58,807 bases of DNA from a virus. Its lineage: Duplodnaviria > Heunggongvirae > Uroviricota > Caudoviricetes. The translations under genes were made by a program, and so were the position numbers. This document shows positions 26,896 to 38,900 of this stretch, piece by piece (the stretch's first letter is position 1; each line of letters begins with the position of its first letter). The stretch lies in IMG/VR virus record IMGVR_UViG_2788500396_000001, positions 64,859 through 123,665 of that record, one strand, 5' to 3'. Under the pieces are notes generated by a model. That model saw only the letters and a program-made list of their open reading frames with translations. It did no database searches and had not been told where the DNA came from.

Positions 26896-27627
26896 ATGTC
26901 AGTTACATTTGCTAACCGTGAAGTTTGCGATTTAACCATTTGCGATTTCGCTACTCAGCGTCCTGTTCACGTCCTGGATTATGCCAATGCAACAACTCAG
27001 GAGATTACTGGCGAGCAGGTCTTTGCATACGGAGGCCAAGGCCATCCTAAGCGTGTTACCTTTTATGGCGAAAAGGGCGGTACTTTGGCGGTTGAGACTC
27101 AACTGCTGACTAGCGAGCTGTTCTCTATCTGCACTGGTGCAGAGATCGAAAACACCGCAAAGTTCATTAAGCGTCTTGTTCTTGAGGCTACAGCTGGTTC
27201 CATTACTGTGCCTCCTGAGGTCAATTTGATCCCTGGCAGCATCAATGTGTATGCTGAAGCTGATGACCTGGGCACTCCTGTCGAAGCTACGCTGGATGAC
27301 CACACCATTACTCTGACTGGCGAGGAAACCGGAAATTATATTGTGTATGGTATTGAGGAACTGACTTCTGGTGTGAAGAAAATGTCCATCAAGTCTACCA
27401 CCTTCCCGAAGGCCGTGACCATTTATGGTGAGACTCTGATGAAGGGTGAAGACGGTATCAACTATCCTTATAAACTTGTTGTGTATAAGGCGAGTCCTCA
27501 ACAGACTCTGTCTTTTGGCTTCAGTAACAATGGCGATCCTGCTACTATGACCATTAACTTTGATCTTCTGTCTGATCAGAACGATAACATCATGGATATG
27601 ATCTTAATCGAGGATGAAGGAGCATAA
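26896..27627 (+). CDS. major tail (tube) protein
   Basis: Codon bias like the MCP, beta-rich, followed by a strong terminator. Positional call. Confidence 0.65.
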   Translation: MSVTFANREVCDLTICDFATQRPVHVLDYANATTQEITGEQVFAYGGQGHPKRVTFYGEKGGTLAVETQLLTSELFSICTGAEIENTAKFIKRLVLEATAGSITVPPEVNLIPGSINVYAEADDLGTPVEATLDDHTITLTGEETGNYIVYGIEELTSGVKKMSIKSTTFPKAVTIYGETLMKGEDGINYPYKLVVYKASPQQTLSFGFSNNGDPATMTINFDLLSDQNDNIMDMILIEDEGA

Positions 27628-27629
27628 TT

Positions 27630-27658
27630 AAAAGAGGGGGCTTTGCCCCCTCTTTTTT
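27630..27658. terminator. intrinsic terminator (possibly bidirectional)
   Basis: AAAAGAGGGGG-CTTTG-CCCCCTCTTTTTT. Confidence 0.85.
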
Positions 27659-27671
27659 AGTTTTATGTTTT

Positions 27672-28121
27672 ATGAGTAGAAGTAAATATAATGTGAGTTC
27701 TGATACTGAGAAAAGGACATGTGACGGGATTGTTTTTGATAGTATCGTTGAGATGAAATACTATCGTGATGTAATTTTGCCCGGTCTGGGAAGCGGCAAG
27801 ATTCTTGCTTTTGAATTACAAAAGCCATATGTGTTGCAACCAAAATTTACTCATGATGGTAAACAAGTTCAGGCTATTATGTATATAGCAGATTTTTATG
27901 TTGAGTATGCGGATGGAAGGATTGAAGTTATTGATATTAAAGGTATGCCGGATGCAGTTGCAAAAATAAAAAGAAAAATGTTTTGGCATACATATCCGGA
28001 CATTGATTATCGATGGATATGTTATTCAAAAATCGATGGCGGTTTTTGTGATTACGAATACGTAGTTGCACAAAGAAAACTTAGGAAAAAGAAAAAATCT
28101 GCAGATAAAGAAAGGAAATAA
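27672..28121 (+). CDS. DUF1064-like PD-(D/E)XK nuclease-fold protein
   Basis: FDSxxE...ELQ...YIADF...IDIKG pattern. Confidence 0.8.
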   Translation: MSRSKYNVSSDTEKRTCDGIVFDSIVEMKYYRDVILPGLGSGKILAFELQKPYVLQPKFTHDGKQVQAIMYIADFYVEYADGRIEVIDIKGMPDAVAKIKRKMFWHTYPDIDYRWICYSKIDGGFCDYEYVVAQRKLRKKKKSADKERK

Positions 28122-28123
28122 AT

Positions 28124-28720
28124 ATGGATCGCAAGGTATCTATTAACAAGGTCGATAAAATGATTAAGGCTTGTAAGGATGAAACCAAAGAAAGTGTTAG
28201 TTTTCAAATTGATGGAGAAGAGATCATTGTATCGGTTAAATCATTTTTGTCTCCAGGGGAAGAATATGGGTGTGTAAATAGCATTGTTGATGCCGTGTTT
28301 ATTGATGGAGAATATACACCAGAAGCATATCAATCATCAGTGTTAATGAATTTTATTGCGTACTACACTAATCTGAAAGTTGAGATTGGATTGGATAGGT
28401 TGTATATGCTTACGTATGGAAGCAATGTTATGGGGCAATTGATGAGTTGTGTTAATCCTAGCCAATGGAATCATATTTGCGAGTCGGCACAAAAGAAAAT
28501 CGCATATAGAGTTGAAACCGATATCAACATGCAGAAAAAGAAAATTGATGAACTTATGCAGAATATTGATGCCATTACAGCAACACTTACTACATTGACT
28601 GATGAATTCAAGGATGTTGATACTAACGCATTAGTTGGTGCCATCAATAATATTGCCACGCTTGACAATAGCAAGATTATTGAGATTGTCGCAGCAAATC
28701 AAGAGAAGCAAGGAGTTTAA
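28124..28720 (+). CDS. hypothetical protein (possible tail chaperone)
   Basis: 198 aa with SD GAAAGGA. Confidence 0.65.
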   Translation: MDRKVSINKVDKMIKACKDETKESVSFQIDGEEIIVSVKSFLSPGEEYGCVNSIVDAVFIDGEYTPEAYQSSVLMNFIAYYTNLKVEIGLDRLYMLTYGSNVMGQLMSCVNPSQWNHICESAQKKIAYRVETDINMQKKKIDELMQNIDAITATLTTLTDEFKDVDTNALVGAINNIATLDNSKIIEIVAANQEKQGV

Positions 28721-28736
28721 CCTTGCTTCTCTTTTT
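28701..28736 (+). terminator. intrinsic terminator
   Basis: 13-bp stem AAGAGAAGCAAGG/CCTTGCTTCTCTT plus T-run. Confidence 0.7.
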
Positions 28737-28754
28737 GCAAAAAGGGGGATGTAA

Positions 28755-29276
28755 ATGAGTATCGAGACAATTTTAAACCAATATTTACTTTCTCCTGCTG
28801 GCAAAAAGAAAGTGCAAAAAGCAATCGATGAAGCAAATAAAAACGGAAGAACTCTTGGTGACACAGTTATTAGCACATCATATATGACAATTGTAAAAGA
28901 TTTGATTCATTGTATTCAAGAGAACCTCCCTGCGTCATTGGCTGATTCAGATCTTTCTAATGACGCTGCTTATATTGTTGGAAAACCAATTCCAACTTCA
29001 GATGGTAAATATCGCATCGATATTAGCTTTGCTCCAAGTGCTGTATTTCGGCCATCTCTTTCACCAGATAGCCGTTGGGGCGACGGTGTGGAAAATATTG
29101 TGTTGCATTTATCGAATGGATGGCATGCTTCAGGATCAGTTTTTGGTGAGTGGCATGGTGAGCAAGTGCGCAGTCGCCAGCATTATTCTGGAGATGATTT
29201 TATGAAGCAGGCTATTTTTGACTTTAACATGTCTCATGTTGGTGCAATAGCTACACTCGGCGCAAATTATAAATGA
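28755..29276 (+). CDS. hypothetical tail-module protein
   Basis: 173 aa with SD AAGGGG. Confidence 0.65.
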   Translation: MSIETILNQYLLSPAGKKKVQKAIDEANKNGRTLGDTVISTSYMTIVKDLIHCIQENLPASLADSDLSNDAAYIVGKPIPTSDGKYRIDISFAPSAVFRPSLSPDSRWGDGVENIVLHLSNGWHASGSVFGEWHGEQVRSRQHYSGDDFMKQAIFDFNMSHVGAIATLGANYK

Positions 29277-29290
29277 CAGGTGGTGAATCA

Positions 29291-32200
29291 ATGAGTAAGC
29301 AGGCGGATATTAGTCTTTTGATTGGAGCTGTTGGCGGATACACTGCGAATGGCGAATCTGCCAAATTGATCCAGAATCAACTTAAGAGTCAGCTTGCTGG
29401 CGGGCTCTCTATTAACATAAACACTAAAAAAATTGTTGATGACATTCAAAAAGCTTTATCAAGCAAGGTCTTTAATGTAAATGTTAGCGCTAATGGAACA
29501 GCCAAGAGCACAAATACAGGAAACAAACAACAGAGCAGCACTACGGGTACATCCACTGCAAAAAATGCAGCTCGTAGCTTTGAACAGGAGTATATAGCCC
29601 TTGCTAACAGAATTGGACAGGCATATCAAGCAGCACAAAATTTTAATTCTTATGTTGCGAAAATGAGCCCAGATCAGCTCCGTCTGTTCAATAAAGAGAT
29701 ACAGCAAATTACGCAAAACTTAAACAAAGCTGTTGCGACAGGCAACAAAATGTCTTTTGCTGAAGCTAATGAACAAATCAAAGCTTTAAAATACAATCTT
29801 GCTCAGCTTCAAACGCCAAGCTCATACCAACAATATGTAGAGTATAACAATGCGATGCGGCTTGCAGATCAAGATCGTTGGATGCAGAATATTGGATTGG
29901 CAAGTAATGTCGGATTAGAGCAGATGAACGCTTACTATAAAAAGTTAGAGGCAAGCAGCAAGCAAGCAGCCACTGCTCAAATTCGCGACTCTGAAAAGGT
30001 AGCTAATAGTATTGCAAACGCAAAATCACAACTTGCTAGCTTTGGCCAATATTTACAGAGGGTTAAACCAACTGTGCTTACGCAATATGCTTCAGAGATT
30101 GAGCAAATTAACACTTTGCTTAAAACTGCCGCATCTACTGGTAATGCTAGTGCATTATCATCCGCAACAACAAAAATTAAGGCTCTGAAAAGTGAAATGG
30201 TAAGCATGGGGTATGAAGGCGGAAACGCATTTACATATCTTCATGATAAAATTAAGACATTTTCAGTATATTTAATCTCTAGTGCTTTAACTATGCAATT
30301 CATTCGCGGTATGCGTGAAGCAATTGAGACCATATACGAAATGGATGAAGCTCTTACTAATTTGCGTATCGTGATGAACAACAGCGTGAGCGAAGCCAGG
30401 GCATTGTTGCAGAGCTACAATACTATGGCGCAGGAACTTGGCGGCACAACAAAAAGTGTAGCAGATGCCGCTGTCGAATGGCAGAGACAAGGTTTTAATT
30501 TAGAAGAGACAAACACACTAATCAAAGATTCAATGATCTTATCGATCACCGGCTTTATCGATAGCAGCGAAGCTGCTACAGCTTTAACAGCTGCAATGAA
30601 GGGTTATCAACTTAGTGTGGACGATGCTTTAGGAGTGGTCGATAAGTTTGTTGCGACCGATCAGGTTGCCGCAACATCTGCCGGTGATCTTGCTATTGCT
30701 TTAAGCAAAACAGCCGCAAACGCAAAGCTTGCTGGGTTGTCACTGGATGAAGTGGTTGGCCAGCTTGCAGTTGTGAATGAAACAATGCAGGAAGCTCCTG
30801 AATCCACTGGTACATTCTACAATACAATGCTGTCCCGTATGGGTATGATTAAGGCAGGACGCTTGGAAGATCCAGACACTGGAGAATCTTTGAGCGACGT
30901 CGAGACCACTTTAAGCGGTCTTGGTATCCGGCTGAGAGATAGCAATTCTGAATTTAGAAATTTTGGAGATGTTCTTGATGAAGTCGGATCAAAGTGGGAG
31001 TCTTATAATTCTGTTCAGCAACGTGCCATAGCCACAGCTTTCGCAGGCACTAGACAGCAAACGAGATTTTTATCTTTGATGTCTAACTGGAAAACTGCTT
31101 TGGAATACACTGAAGTTGCTGCAAACTCTGCCGGAACAGCAACAGAGAAGTTCGGCGTATATCAGGAAAGCCTTGAAGCAAAAACAGAAAGAGCGACAGC
31201 CGCCTTTGAAAAGCTTTCTATGGCATTGTTGCCTAGCGGGCTTATCGGAGGCTTTTTGGATTTTGCGACAGTGGCATTGAATGTTGGATCTGCCCTGGGA
31301 GGAATCCCGATCACTATTGTTGGTGTTACAACAGCTGTTTTGGGGCTTAGCGCAGCGTTTAAAGCGTTGGCCGCATCTTCTTTTGGAGAAGCATTTAAGA
31401 GTTCATTTGCATCTTTGACTAGCTTTGTTCCTACTCTAAGTGCAATGGGTGTTGCCACACAAGTGTTTTCTGGAAGTCAATCTTTAGCTTCCTTGTCTAC
31501 GGAACAGCTTACTGCTTCGATTGGTCTTCTTACAAAGGCGCAAATAGCTGAAATTGCTGTTACAGAGCAAGTCGATAGGAAAATACTTGCTGAAACATTA
31601 CAACGAGCAGGCCTTGAACGTGAAACACGAAAAGAAATTTTTGCTCTTTATGAACTTTCTCTTGCAAAAAAAACGGATCAAGCCGCAACAGCAGGAGCAA
31701 CTGTTTCTACGATTGGATTTAAAAATGCTCTAGTTGGTCTCGGAACTGTGATTAAAGCACATCCAATTATGTTCCTTGTTACTACATTATTAACTGTGAT
31801 CCCGTTGTTAATGAGTTTCAAAAATGTTTTTGGAAATTCTCTCGATACTTTAAAACAGAAATATTCTGAGACCGAAACGCAAATAACCGAGCTAAATACA
31901 GAACTTGATGACACAAGAGACAAAATTAAAGAACTTTCTGGCTATGATAGCTTAACTACTGTTGAACAATCTGAACTAGAAAGGTTAAAGCAGTACAATA
32001 AATATTTGGAAGACCGACTTTATCTTTTAAAGCAAGAGCAAATTTTAGCAGCGAATGATGTAAACAAAAAGATTGCATCTGGAGATTTAAAAGATAATGT
32101 TGATTCAAATTGGGACGGGTATAATTATTCTGACTTTATCGGAACTCGTGAGGAATTTTATCAGTATTCTTTAGACTCTTATCAAGGATTTTTGGAAAGC

Positions 32201-35092
32201 AGAAATAACCTGCTTGAGCAATATTCAACTCAATATGATTCGATGTCTGAAAAAGAAAGAGAAACCCTTAGAAACAGCATTGATTACAATGAACAACAGC
32301 TCGAAAAAGCTAAGGAAAATATCTTAGAGTTGTCCACGTATTTTAGTGATCAAGCAGATGCTTTGCAAGATGTTGATGGTGACTATGGCGAGTACACAGA
32401 ACAGTACGAAAAGTGGATGGACTTAGCCGCCCAAGGAGCTAAAATTCTACAAGAGTTTGAATCATCAAATTTTGCGTCTGGAATAGAGTCTGTGCTTAGT
32501 CAAGATAGATTTTCTACCATTAAAGCATCATTGATTGATTTGGCTCAACAGGGATCTTTAACAGCTGATGCGATGAATGATCCAGCGTACCAAGAATTCG
32601 TTAATGCACTTGACGAAGCTGGGATTATATCTGCATCTTCGAAAAGTGATTTAGAGGACTTAGTAATTGTTATTGAAAGGCTCGCCGGGGTTACAGAGGA
32701 TGCGACAGAAGAGACTATTGATTTAAGTTCTCAGATCGAGGCTTTTAGCAATGCTACCTCAAAAATTGAAAAAATCAACTCTTTGTTAACTGATCTCAAA
32801 GAAAATAAGAGTGGAAAGTTGACAGGATCTTTCTTGTCTGAATTGTATGAATTGCTTCCTGAGGTTGCTGGACAAGTTACTTCTGTTTCTGACGCTCAAG
32901 CTGTACTCACACAGGCGCTTGAAGATACTAAAGTTACTGCGGAGAGTGCATATGGAGCTATGCTCTTATCGAATGAAAAATGGTTAACACAAACAATCAA
33001 TAACTCTAATTCTCTCCAGCAGGCATTGGCAAAGTGTTATAAGAATGATATCACTAACTGGAAGAATAATGCGACAAATAAATGGACTGTTGATCAGACT
33101 CTTGTTAATCGTTTGTCTACTCTTTGGCAGAAATATTACAACATGTCCAATGAAGCGCTTGCCACAGACATCAAAAGTTTGGAGGCACTGCGCGGGCAGT
33201 TCACATCAGCCGCATCTAGCTCAACCAATATCATTATGGGCAGCGTGTTCCAGGCGATGGGGAATACTTTTGATCAACAGCTTAATGAACTTAAGCTTAT
33301 CCAAGCTCTAAGAGAGAATATTGACTTTTCTTTTGAGGGGATTGATTTTTCTCCATCTACAACAAGTACAACAGATAAGGCAACTCAGTCTATAGAAAAA
33401 TATACGGTTGCAATAGAAGAGTTTAGAGAAGCACTGAAGCGACTTGAGGATGTTCAGAATGCCATTAGCATCGAAGAGATAAAGTTTGATATGATCGATG
33501 AGGATGATGTAGATGCTCAGAAAACTGCAATCAATAAGCTGATTGCACTATATCAACAAGAACAACAAGCCCTACATGATCTTAATAATGAACGAGACGC
33601 ATCGATTGCTGAAATTGTTAAAGAACTGAATAAGTACGGGCTTGGTGCAACGTATGACGCTAATACAAATGAATTTTGGGTTAATAACATCGAAAAGATT
33701 AACACTATTTCCGGATATAAAAATGGAGTCTTCGATCAAGAAGCAACTAATACATTAAGAAAAGCTCTCGAAGATCTTATCGAAAAAGCGGAGGAGTATG
33801 CGGATGCTAACATTGATGGTTCCGAGGAATGGTGGAACATTCAAAAGAAGATCTACGACCTAAATCAGCAGTTGTATGAAGCTGAGCAAAAAGTCTACGA
33901 GCAACGAATGGAAGCAATGAAAAAATCGTATGATCTATTAGAAGACCTTGTTGAATTAGAAAAGGATCGTATAAAGCAAGCAGGAGAGGACATGATCGAT
34001 AACCTGCAAGCTGAGATTGATGCATACGATGAGATTATCAATAGACAGAAAGAATTGCTCGATCTGAAGGAAAGAGAGCGGTCTTACGAGGAAGAAGTTT
34101 CTGATGCAGTTGATGAGATTGCAAAATTACAAGCAAAAGCAGATGCATTAGCACTTGATGATAGCCGGTCTGCCCAACTCCAAAGAGCGGAAATTCTGGA
34201 ACAGATTGCGGAGAAGCAGAAAGAACTAGATGATACTCAACACGATTATGCAATCGAAAACACACAAGATGCTCTTGATGAAGAGCTTGATATGTTTAAA
34301 GATAGCTATCAAGATAGGATTGATGAAATTAGAGACTTTCTTGATGATCAGCAAAAGCTAACAGATCTTGCATATAAGAATATCGAAAACGGCGGGCAAG
34401 AGGCTTTTGATAAGTTGTTGGAATATTGCCTGAAATATACGGATGTTTCAAGAAGAGAACTTATTGATATGTGGGACAATGCGATCGCAAAAATTAAAGA
34501 GTATGGGTCTTTATCAAATGCATTGCATAATATGTCTACAGAAATTGATATTTCTGAAAATGGAACTCCCGTTTCTGTTCAGTCTAAGGTAAATGAGATG
34601 AAAGCAAATAGCCAGAAGTGGCATACCGCAAGTGCGTCCGAGAGAAAAGATCTTCAGGATAGAAATGTAGAGCTTGCTGCAGAAATATCTGAAATCCTGG
34701 GCATTCCTCTGAAACTCGGAGGAGATGGGCATTGGTATTATGGTGCAGTCGGAGGAACACGCGTATTCCACACTGGCGGAATCGTAGGAAACGCCCCAAC
34801 CATTAAACAAAAAGAAATGATGATCTTGGCTGAAAAGGGAGAAATGATGTTGAACGAAAAGCAACAGAATAATTTGGCGTCCCTGTTTTCTGTGGTGCTC
34901 GGACGACCTGACCGAAGCAATGTCTATAACAAACTCATCAGAGAAAAGGAAGACAACCAAAGCAAGATCGTCTCCATTGACGCTTCTGTCACTGTTCAGG
35001 GAGGTATGGTTGATGACGTTGTTCTCAATACCATCACCAAAAATCAGCGAAAAGTGGCAAACATTTTGAATAAGCTTGTGTTGAAAAAATAA
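29291..35092 (+). CDS. tail tape measure protein (~1930 aa)
   Basis: TP901-type core (AIALSKTAANAKLAG...ETMQEAPESTG), long coiled coils, FHTGGIVG near the C-terminus. Confidence 0.9.
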   Translation: MSKQADISLLIGAVGGYTANGESAKLIQNQLKSQLAGGLSININTKKIVDDIQKALSSKVFNVNVSANGTAKSTNTGNKQQSSTTGTSTAKNAARSFEQEYIALANRIGQAYQAAQNFNSYVAKMSPDQLRLFNKEIQQITQNLNKAVATGNKMSFAEANEQIKALKYNLAQLQTPSSYQQYVEYNNAMRLADQDRWMQNIGLASNVGLEQMNAYYKKLEASSKQAATAQIRDSEKVANSIANAKSQLASFGQYLQRVKPTVLTQYASEIEQINTLLKTAASTGNASALSSATTKIKALKSEMVSMGYEGGNAFTYLHDKIKTFSVYLISSALTMQFIRGMREAIETIYEMDEALTNLRIVMNNSVSEARALLQSYNTMAQELGGTTKSVADAAVEWQRQGFNLEETNTLIKDSMILSITGFIDSSEAATALTAAMKGYQLSVDDALGVVDKFVATDQVAATSAGDLAIALSKTAANAKLAGLSLDEVVGQLAVVNETMQEAPESTGTFYNTMLSRMGMIKAGRLEDPDTGESLSDVETTLSGLGIRLRDSNSEFRNFGDVLDEVGSKWESYNSVQQRAIATAFAGTRQQTRFLSLMSNWKTALEYTEVAANSAGTATEKFGVYQESLEAKTERATAAFEKLSMALLPSGLIGGFLDFATVALNVGSALGGIPITIVGVTTAVLGLSAAFKALAASSFGEAFKSSFASLTSFVPTLSAMGVATQVFSGSQSLASLSTEQLTASIGLLTKAQIAEIAVTEQVDRKILAETLQRAGLERETRKEIFALYELSLAKKTDQAATAGATVSTIGFKNALVGLGTVIKAHPIMFLVTTLLTVIPLLMSFKNVFGNSLDTLKQKYSETETQITELNTELDDTRDKIKELSGYDSLTTVEQSELERLKQYNKYLEDRLYLLKQEQILAANDVNKKIASGDLKDNVDSNWDGYNYSDFIGTREEFYQYSLDSYQGFLESRNNLLEQYSTQYDSMSEKERETLRNSIDYNEQQLEKAKENILELSTYFSDQADALQDVDGDYGEYTEQYEKWMDLAAQGAKILQEFESSNFASGIESVLSQDRFSTIKASLIDLAQQGSLTADAMNDPAYQEFVNALDEAGIISASSKSDLEDLVIVIERLAGVTEDATEETIDLSSQIEAFSNATSKIEKINSLLTDLKENKSGKLTGSFLSELYELLPEVAGQVTSVSDAQAVLTQALEDTKVTAESAYGAMLLSNEKWLTQTINNSNSLQQALAKCYKNDITNWKNNATNKWTVDQTLVNRLSTLWQKYYNMSNEALATDIKSLEALRGQFTSAASSSTNIIMGSVFQAMGNTFDQQLNELKLIQALRENIDFSFEGIDFSPSTTSTTDKATQSIEKYTVAIEEFREALKRLEDVQNAISIEEIKFDMIDEDDVDAQKTAINKLIALYQQEQQALHDLNNERDASIAEIVKELNKYGLGATYDANTNEFWVNNIEKINTISGYKNGVFDQEATNTLRKALEDLIEKAEEYADANIDGSEEWWNIQKKIYDLNQQLYEAEQKVYEQRMEAMKKSYDLLEDLVELEKDRIKQAGEDMIDNLQAEIDAYDEIINRQKELLDLKERERSYEEEVSDAVDEIAKLQAKADALALDDSRSAQLQRAEILEQIAEKQKELDDTQHDYAIENTQDALDEELDMFKDSYQDRIDEIRDFLDDQQKLTDLAYKNIENGGQEAFDKLLEYCLKYTDVSRRELIDMWDNAIAKIKEYGSLSNALHNMSTEIDISENGTPVSVQSKVNEMKANSQKWHTASASERKDLQDRNVELAAEISEILGIPLKLGGDGHWYYGAVGGTRVFHTGGIVGNAPTIKQKEMMILAEKGEMMLNEKQQNNLASLFSVVLGRPDRSNVYNKLIREKEDNQSKIVSIDASVTVQGGMVDDVVLNTITKNQRKVANILNKLVLKK

Positions 35093-35119
35093 GAGGAGGT
35101 TTCCCTCCTCTTATTTTTT
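35091..35119 (+). terminator. intrinsic terminator
   Basis: AAGAGGAG-GTTTCC-CTCCTCTT then ATTTTTT. Confidence 0.75.
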
Positions 35120-35133
35120 GTTAGGAGGTCATA

Positions 35134-35919
35134 ATGTCGTTTTATGGTACGAGTTTTATATTTGATGGCGTCCCTTGCGAAGAATTCGGGCTAATGCTTT
35201 ATGACCTTGATTCTCATGAGCAAGAGGATGGAACAATTGGAAGTGAAGTTGAAATAAGTGAAGATCGCATTTGGGGCCATTATCTCCCTCTTCACTATGG
35301 GACATCGGAGAATGAGGCACTCGAACTCAAAATAGTATGTGTTGTTCCAGAAGGTGATAAGCGCTTGGATCGGTTTGATATAGCCAGGATTGCAGGATGG
35401 CTAAAAAAGCCGACATATCGTGTTTTGAAAATTGTTCAGCCCGATATGGAAAAATATCACTATAAGTGCATCTTTACAAAAATCTCACCTATCAAAATTG
35501 GATTAGAGACGATTGGCATTGAGGCAACTGCAATATGTGATAGCCCATATGCTTATTTGTCTGCGACGCAGATGGAATTTTCCTGCAGTGGATCTTCCAC
35601 TGTGTTGCTTCATAACTACAGCAACGTCAATCGATACTACTACCCAGAGGTTGTTATAACTTCAAGTGGCGGAGATATATCTATTGTGAATGAAACAGAC
35701 AACCAGAGAGAATTGAAGTTTACTGGATTACCATCATCTAGTTTGCAGATAACCTCTGATGGAAACACAGGCATTGTTAAAAGTCAAGACGGATCAGATA
35801 TGTATAAATACTTCAACTTTAATTTTTTAAGGTTGCTTAGAGGAGACAATAAGTTGATTTTGACAGGGAATTTTTCTGTTAACGTAAACTGTGAATTCCC
35901 TATGGATATTGGTAGCTAA
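35134..35919 (+). CDS. distal tail protein (Dit)
   Basis: Directly after the TMP; F.FDG..., CDSPYAY and LRLLRGDNKL patterns. Confidence 0.75.
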   Translation: MSFYGTSFIFDGVPCEEFGLMLYDLDSHEQEDGTIGSEVEISEDRIWGHYLPLHYGTSENEALELKIVCVVPEGDKRLDRFDIARIAGWLKKPTYRVLKIVQPDMEKYHYKCIFTKISPIKIGLETIGIEATAICDSPYAYLSATQMEFSCSGSSTVLLHNYSNVNRYYYPEVVITSSGGDISIVNETDNQRELKFTGLPSSSLQITSDGNTGIVKSQDGSDMYKYFNFNFLRLLRGDNKLILTGNFSVNVNCEFPMDIGS

Positions 35920-35932
35920 AAGGAGTGATTAT

Positions 35933-38900
35933 ATGCAGTTTAAATTTTCAGGCATTCAGGTTGATGCATATGGTCACATTGAGCGGCCAGCGATGATTCT
36001 ATACCAAGCGGACGATACTCCAATTGGCTATTTGCAATATGCTTTTGATGTATCAGTTGAGCTAAAATACAATGAGCTTTCTACTGCACAATTTAGTTAT
36101 CCAAGAGAAGTAGACGGCGTTCCACAAGAAGCATATCCAAAACTTACTATTGGACGCATCGTAGAGATTGTGCCTTACGGGAAGTTTATCATTTCCGATA
36201 TCGATGAGCAGGAAGAGGATGGCCGATGGATTGCGTCTATCTCAATGAATTCACTTGAATACGAGTTGACAAACAAACAGATCGTATTTGCCGCAGGAAC
36301 ATATAAATTATATTCTCCTACAGATAACTCAGACTCAATTGCAAAATTTGTTTTAGAAAAGACATTGAATTGGAAGATTGGAACTGTGGATGCATCCTTA
36401 TGGACAAAGTACCGCACGTTCACCCAAACTGAACAAGGCATTCTTGATTTTTTGTATAATGTGGTTCAAGAGACGTATGGTTGTGTGGTAGTGTTCGATA
36501 CAAAGAACAGGACTATCAATTTTGTCGATGCGACAGCTGATACAAAAATGATTCCTGTGTATTTGTCATCTGATAATGTAATTAAGGAGCAGAAATTAAC
36601 CACGAACGATTCCGATGTGGCGAATAAGGTTTCTGTGTATGGAGCAGATAATGTCGATATTCGTGATGTTAACCCAACCGGAACAACAGAAATTATCAAT
36701 CTTGGGTATGCGTTGTCAACTGGTGATTTGTCTGGAGATCTAGCGGACAAGTATATAGCTTGGCAGTCTGCAATCATAGCCCAACAGGATTATTACACTG
36801 GAATTGTTTCTTTGCGTAACTCTACTGCATCCAGATTGCTGGCAGAGAAAGCAAAGTTGACAGATTTGAAAGGGAAACTTACTGAGCTTGAAAACACCCA
36901 GTCTACAACACTCCAGATGTTAAATACAGCCAAGCAACAAGAAACTATTGATTATATGCAGCAACGCCTCAAAGAAATATTGGCGGAGCAAGCGGATGTG
37001 AAACAAGATATTGCAGAACAAGAGAAGCTTATTGAAGAAATTCAAACTGACTATGATCAATATGTTGCTGATGCTATAGCTGTTACAGATGAACTTAAGC
37101 TTACATCTTGGTTTACAGAAGATGAGCAAAAAATCTTAGACAAGTTGTTTATTGAGGGCACATACAGCGATTCTACGTTTGCAACATTTGATGTCGATAT
37201 CTCCGGAGAAGACGACAGTTATGATGATTTGTCTAATGAAACCATTTTACTTTCTGATGTAACTGTTATTGATGTTAAAATGCCGGAGGGGAGCACGCAT
37301 CGCATTTTGGATGTTGCTGGCGGACAATTCTCTATGGATGGTACAAAGAAAATTACCGCAGAATTGATGCATGCCACAATGGATACATGGGATAATCAGT
37401 CTGTGTGCTCATTATTTGTTGGCTCAGGCACAATTGGAGACGAAAAGATCCAGAGTGCGAATATTTCTATCACGTTTGACTCTGGCTTACCAATTGATTC
37501 TTACTTAAGTAATATGGTAAAACACACAGAAGTAATCGAAGATGATGACACAGGTGTGCAGTACACTAAGTATTACTACACTGGTACAATCAGCATAAGT
37601 TCTATGGCTGGGAAGATGTATACTACAAGAAACGCTACTGAATATCAAAAATATTCCGTTCAGAAAGAGCTATACGATTATGCAACAGGCATAATTGATA
37701 AGATGGCATACCCTATTACGGAGTTTGAAATCGACAGTGCTAATATTGTATATGCTGAAAAGTTTTTATATTTCCGCGAGCAACTTGAGCTGGGATGTGG
37801 AGTATATTTAAAGATAACTGATTCTTTATCTCTAAGACCGGTTTTGCTTGAAGTGCATCTGGATTTTGATGATTTCACAAAGTTTGAAATGGTGTTTTCT
37901 AACCAATTTCAATCTAAGCGGCATGATGCAGTCAATAAATTAAGTGAAATTTTAGATGCATCGAGCAACGCCAGTAAATCATTTGATCTTTCAAGATATG
38001 AGTTTGGGAAATATGAAGTAAGTGGCGCTGAAAGTGCTCTGTCGAACTTTTTGCAAAATGGTATGGATGCTGCATACCAGCAGGTGACAGCCGGAAAAGA
38101 TCAAACAGTTGTGATCAATGGCAGCGGCATTACAGTTGGAGCAACTGATAGCTCCGAATACATCAAACTGGCAAATGGTATGATTGCCATCATTGATCCA
38201 TCTACTGAAGAAACAAAAGCAGCTATTGGCCATTTTTATAATTCATCGACCCAAACTGACTTCAACGGGGTTTTGGCTGATGTTATTGGTGGAACATTAT
38301 TTGCCGGAAAGAACATGCATATGGAGTGTTTTAGCCCGGATGGCAAAATCACGCAGTTTAAATTTGATTCCACTGGAGCATTTTTAAACAACAGTAGATT
38401 GTATTTGCAGAGTGATGCAGGAGGTCGTATTGGCCTTGACCCTGAACATGGATTCTTAGCTGGAACATCTGCACTGTTTTCTGTGACCGATACTGGAATT
38501 ATCAAACCATCATGCAAGGACGAGAATGGTGATTTGATCTTTGATGATGATGGGTTTCCTAAAGATACTAATGTGTATATTGGATTGGATGGGAAAGCGT
38601 ATTTTCGTGGAAGCATCTATGCAGAGAATGGTTACTTCAATGGTGAAGTTAACGCAACCAGTGGCATCTTTAAAGGAACAGTTCAAGCGTCTGCCTTCCT
38701 GGATGCAAATGGAAACAATATGATGACGAATGGTCAATGGGATTCAGAATACCTGAATGTGAAAGGCTTGAATGTAAACAACAATTTTATTATAGATGAG
38801 CAAGGTAGAGTCACAATCAATAATGGATTTATTTCTTGGGGGTCTGTGACTGGAACTGAAGAAATTGACCGGCAAATTCAAGACGCTCAAGACGCAGCAA

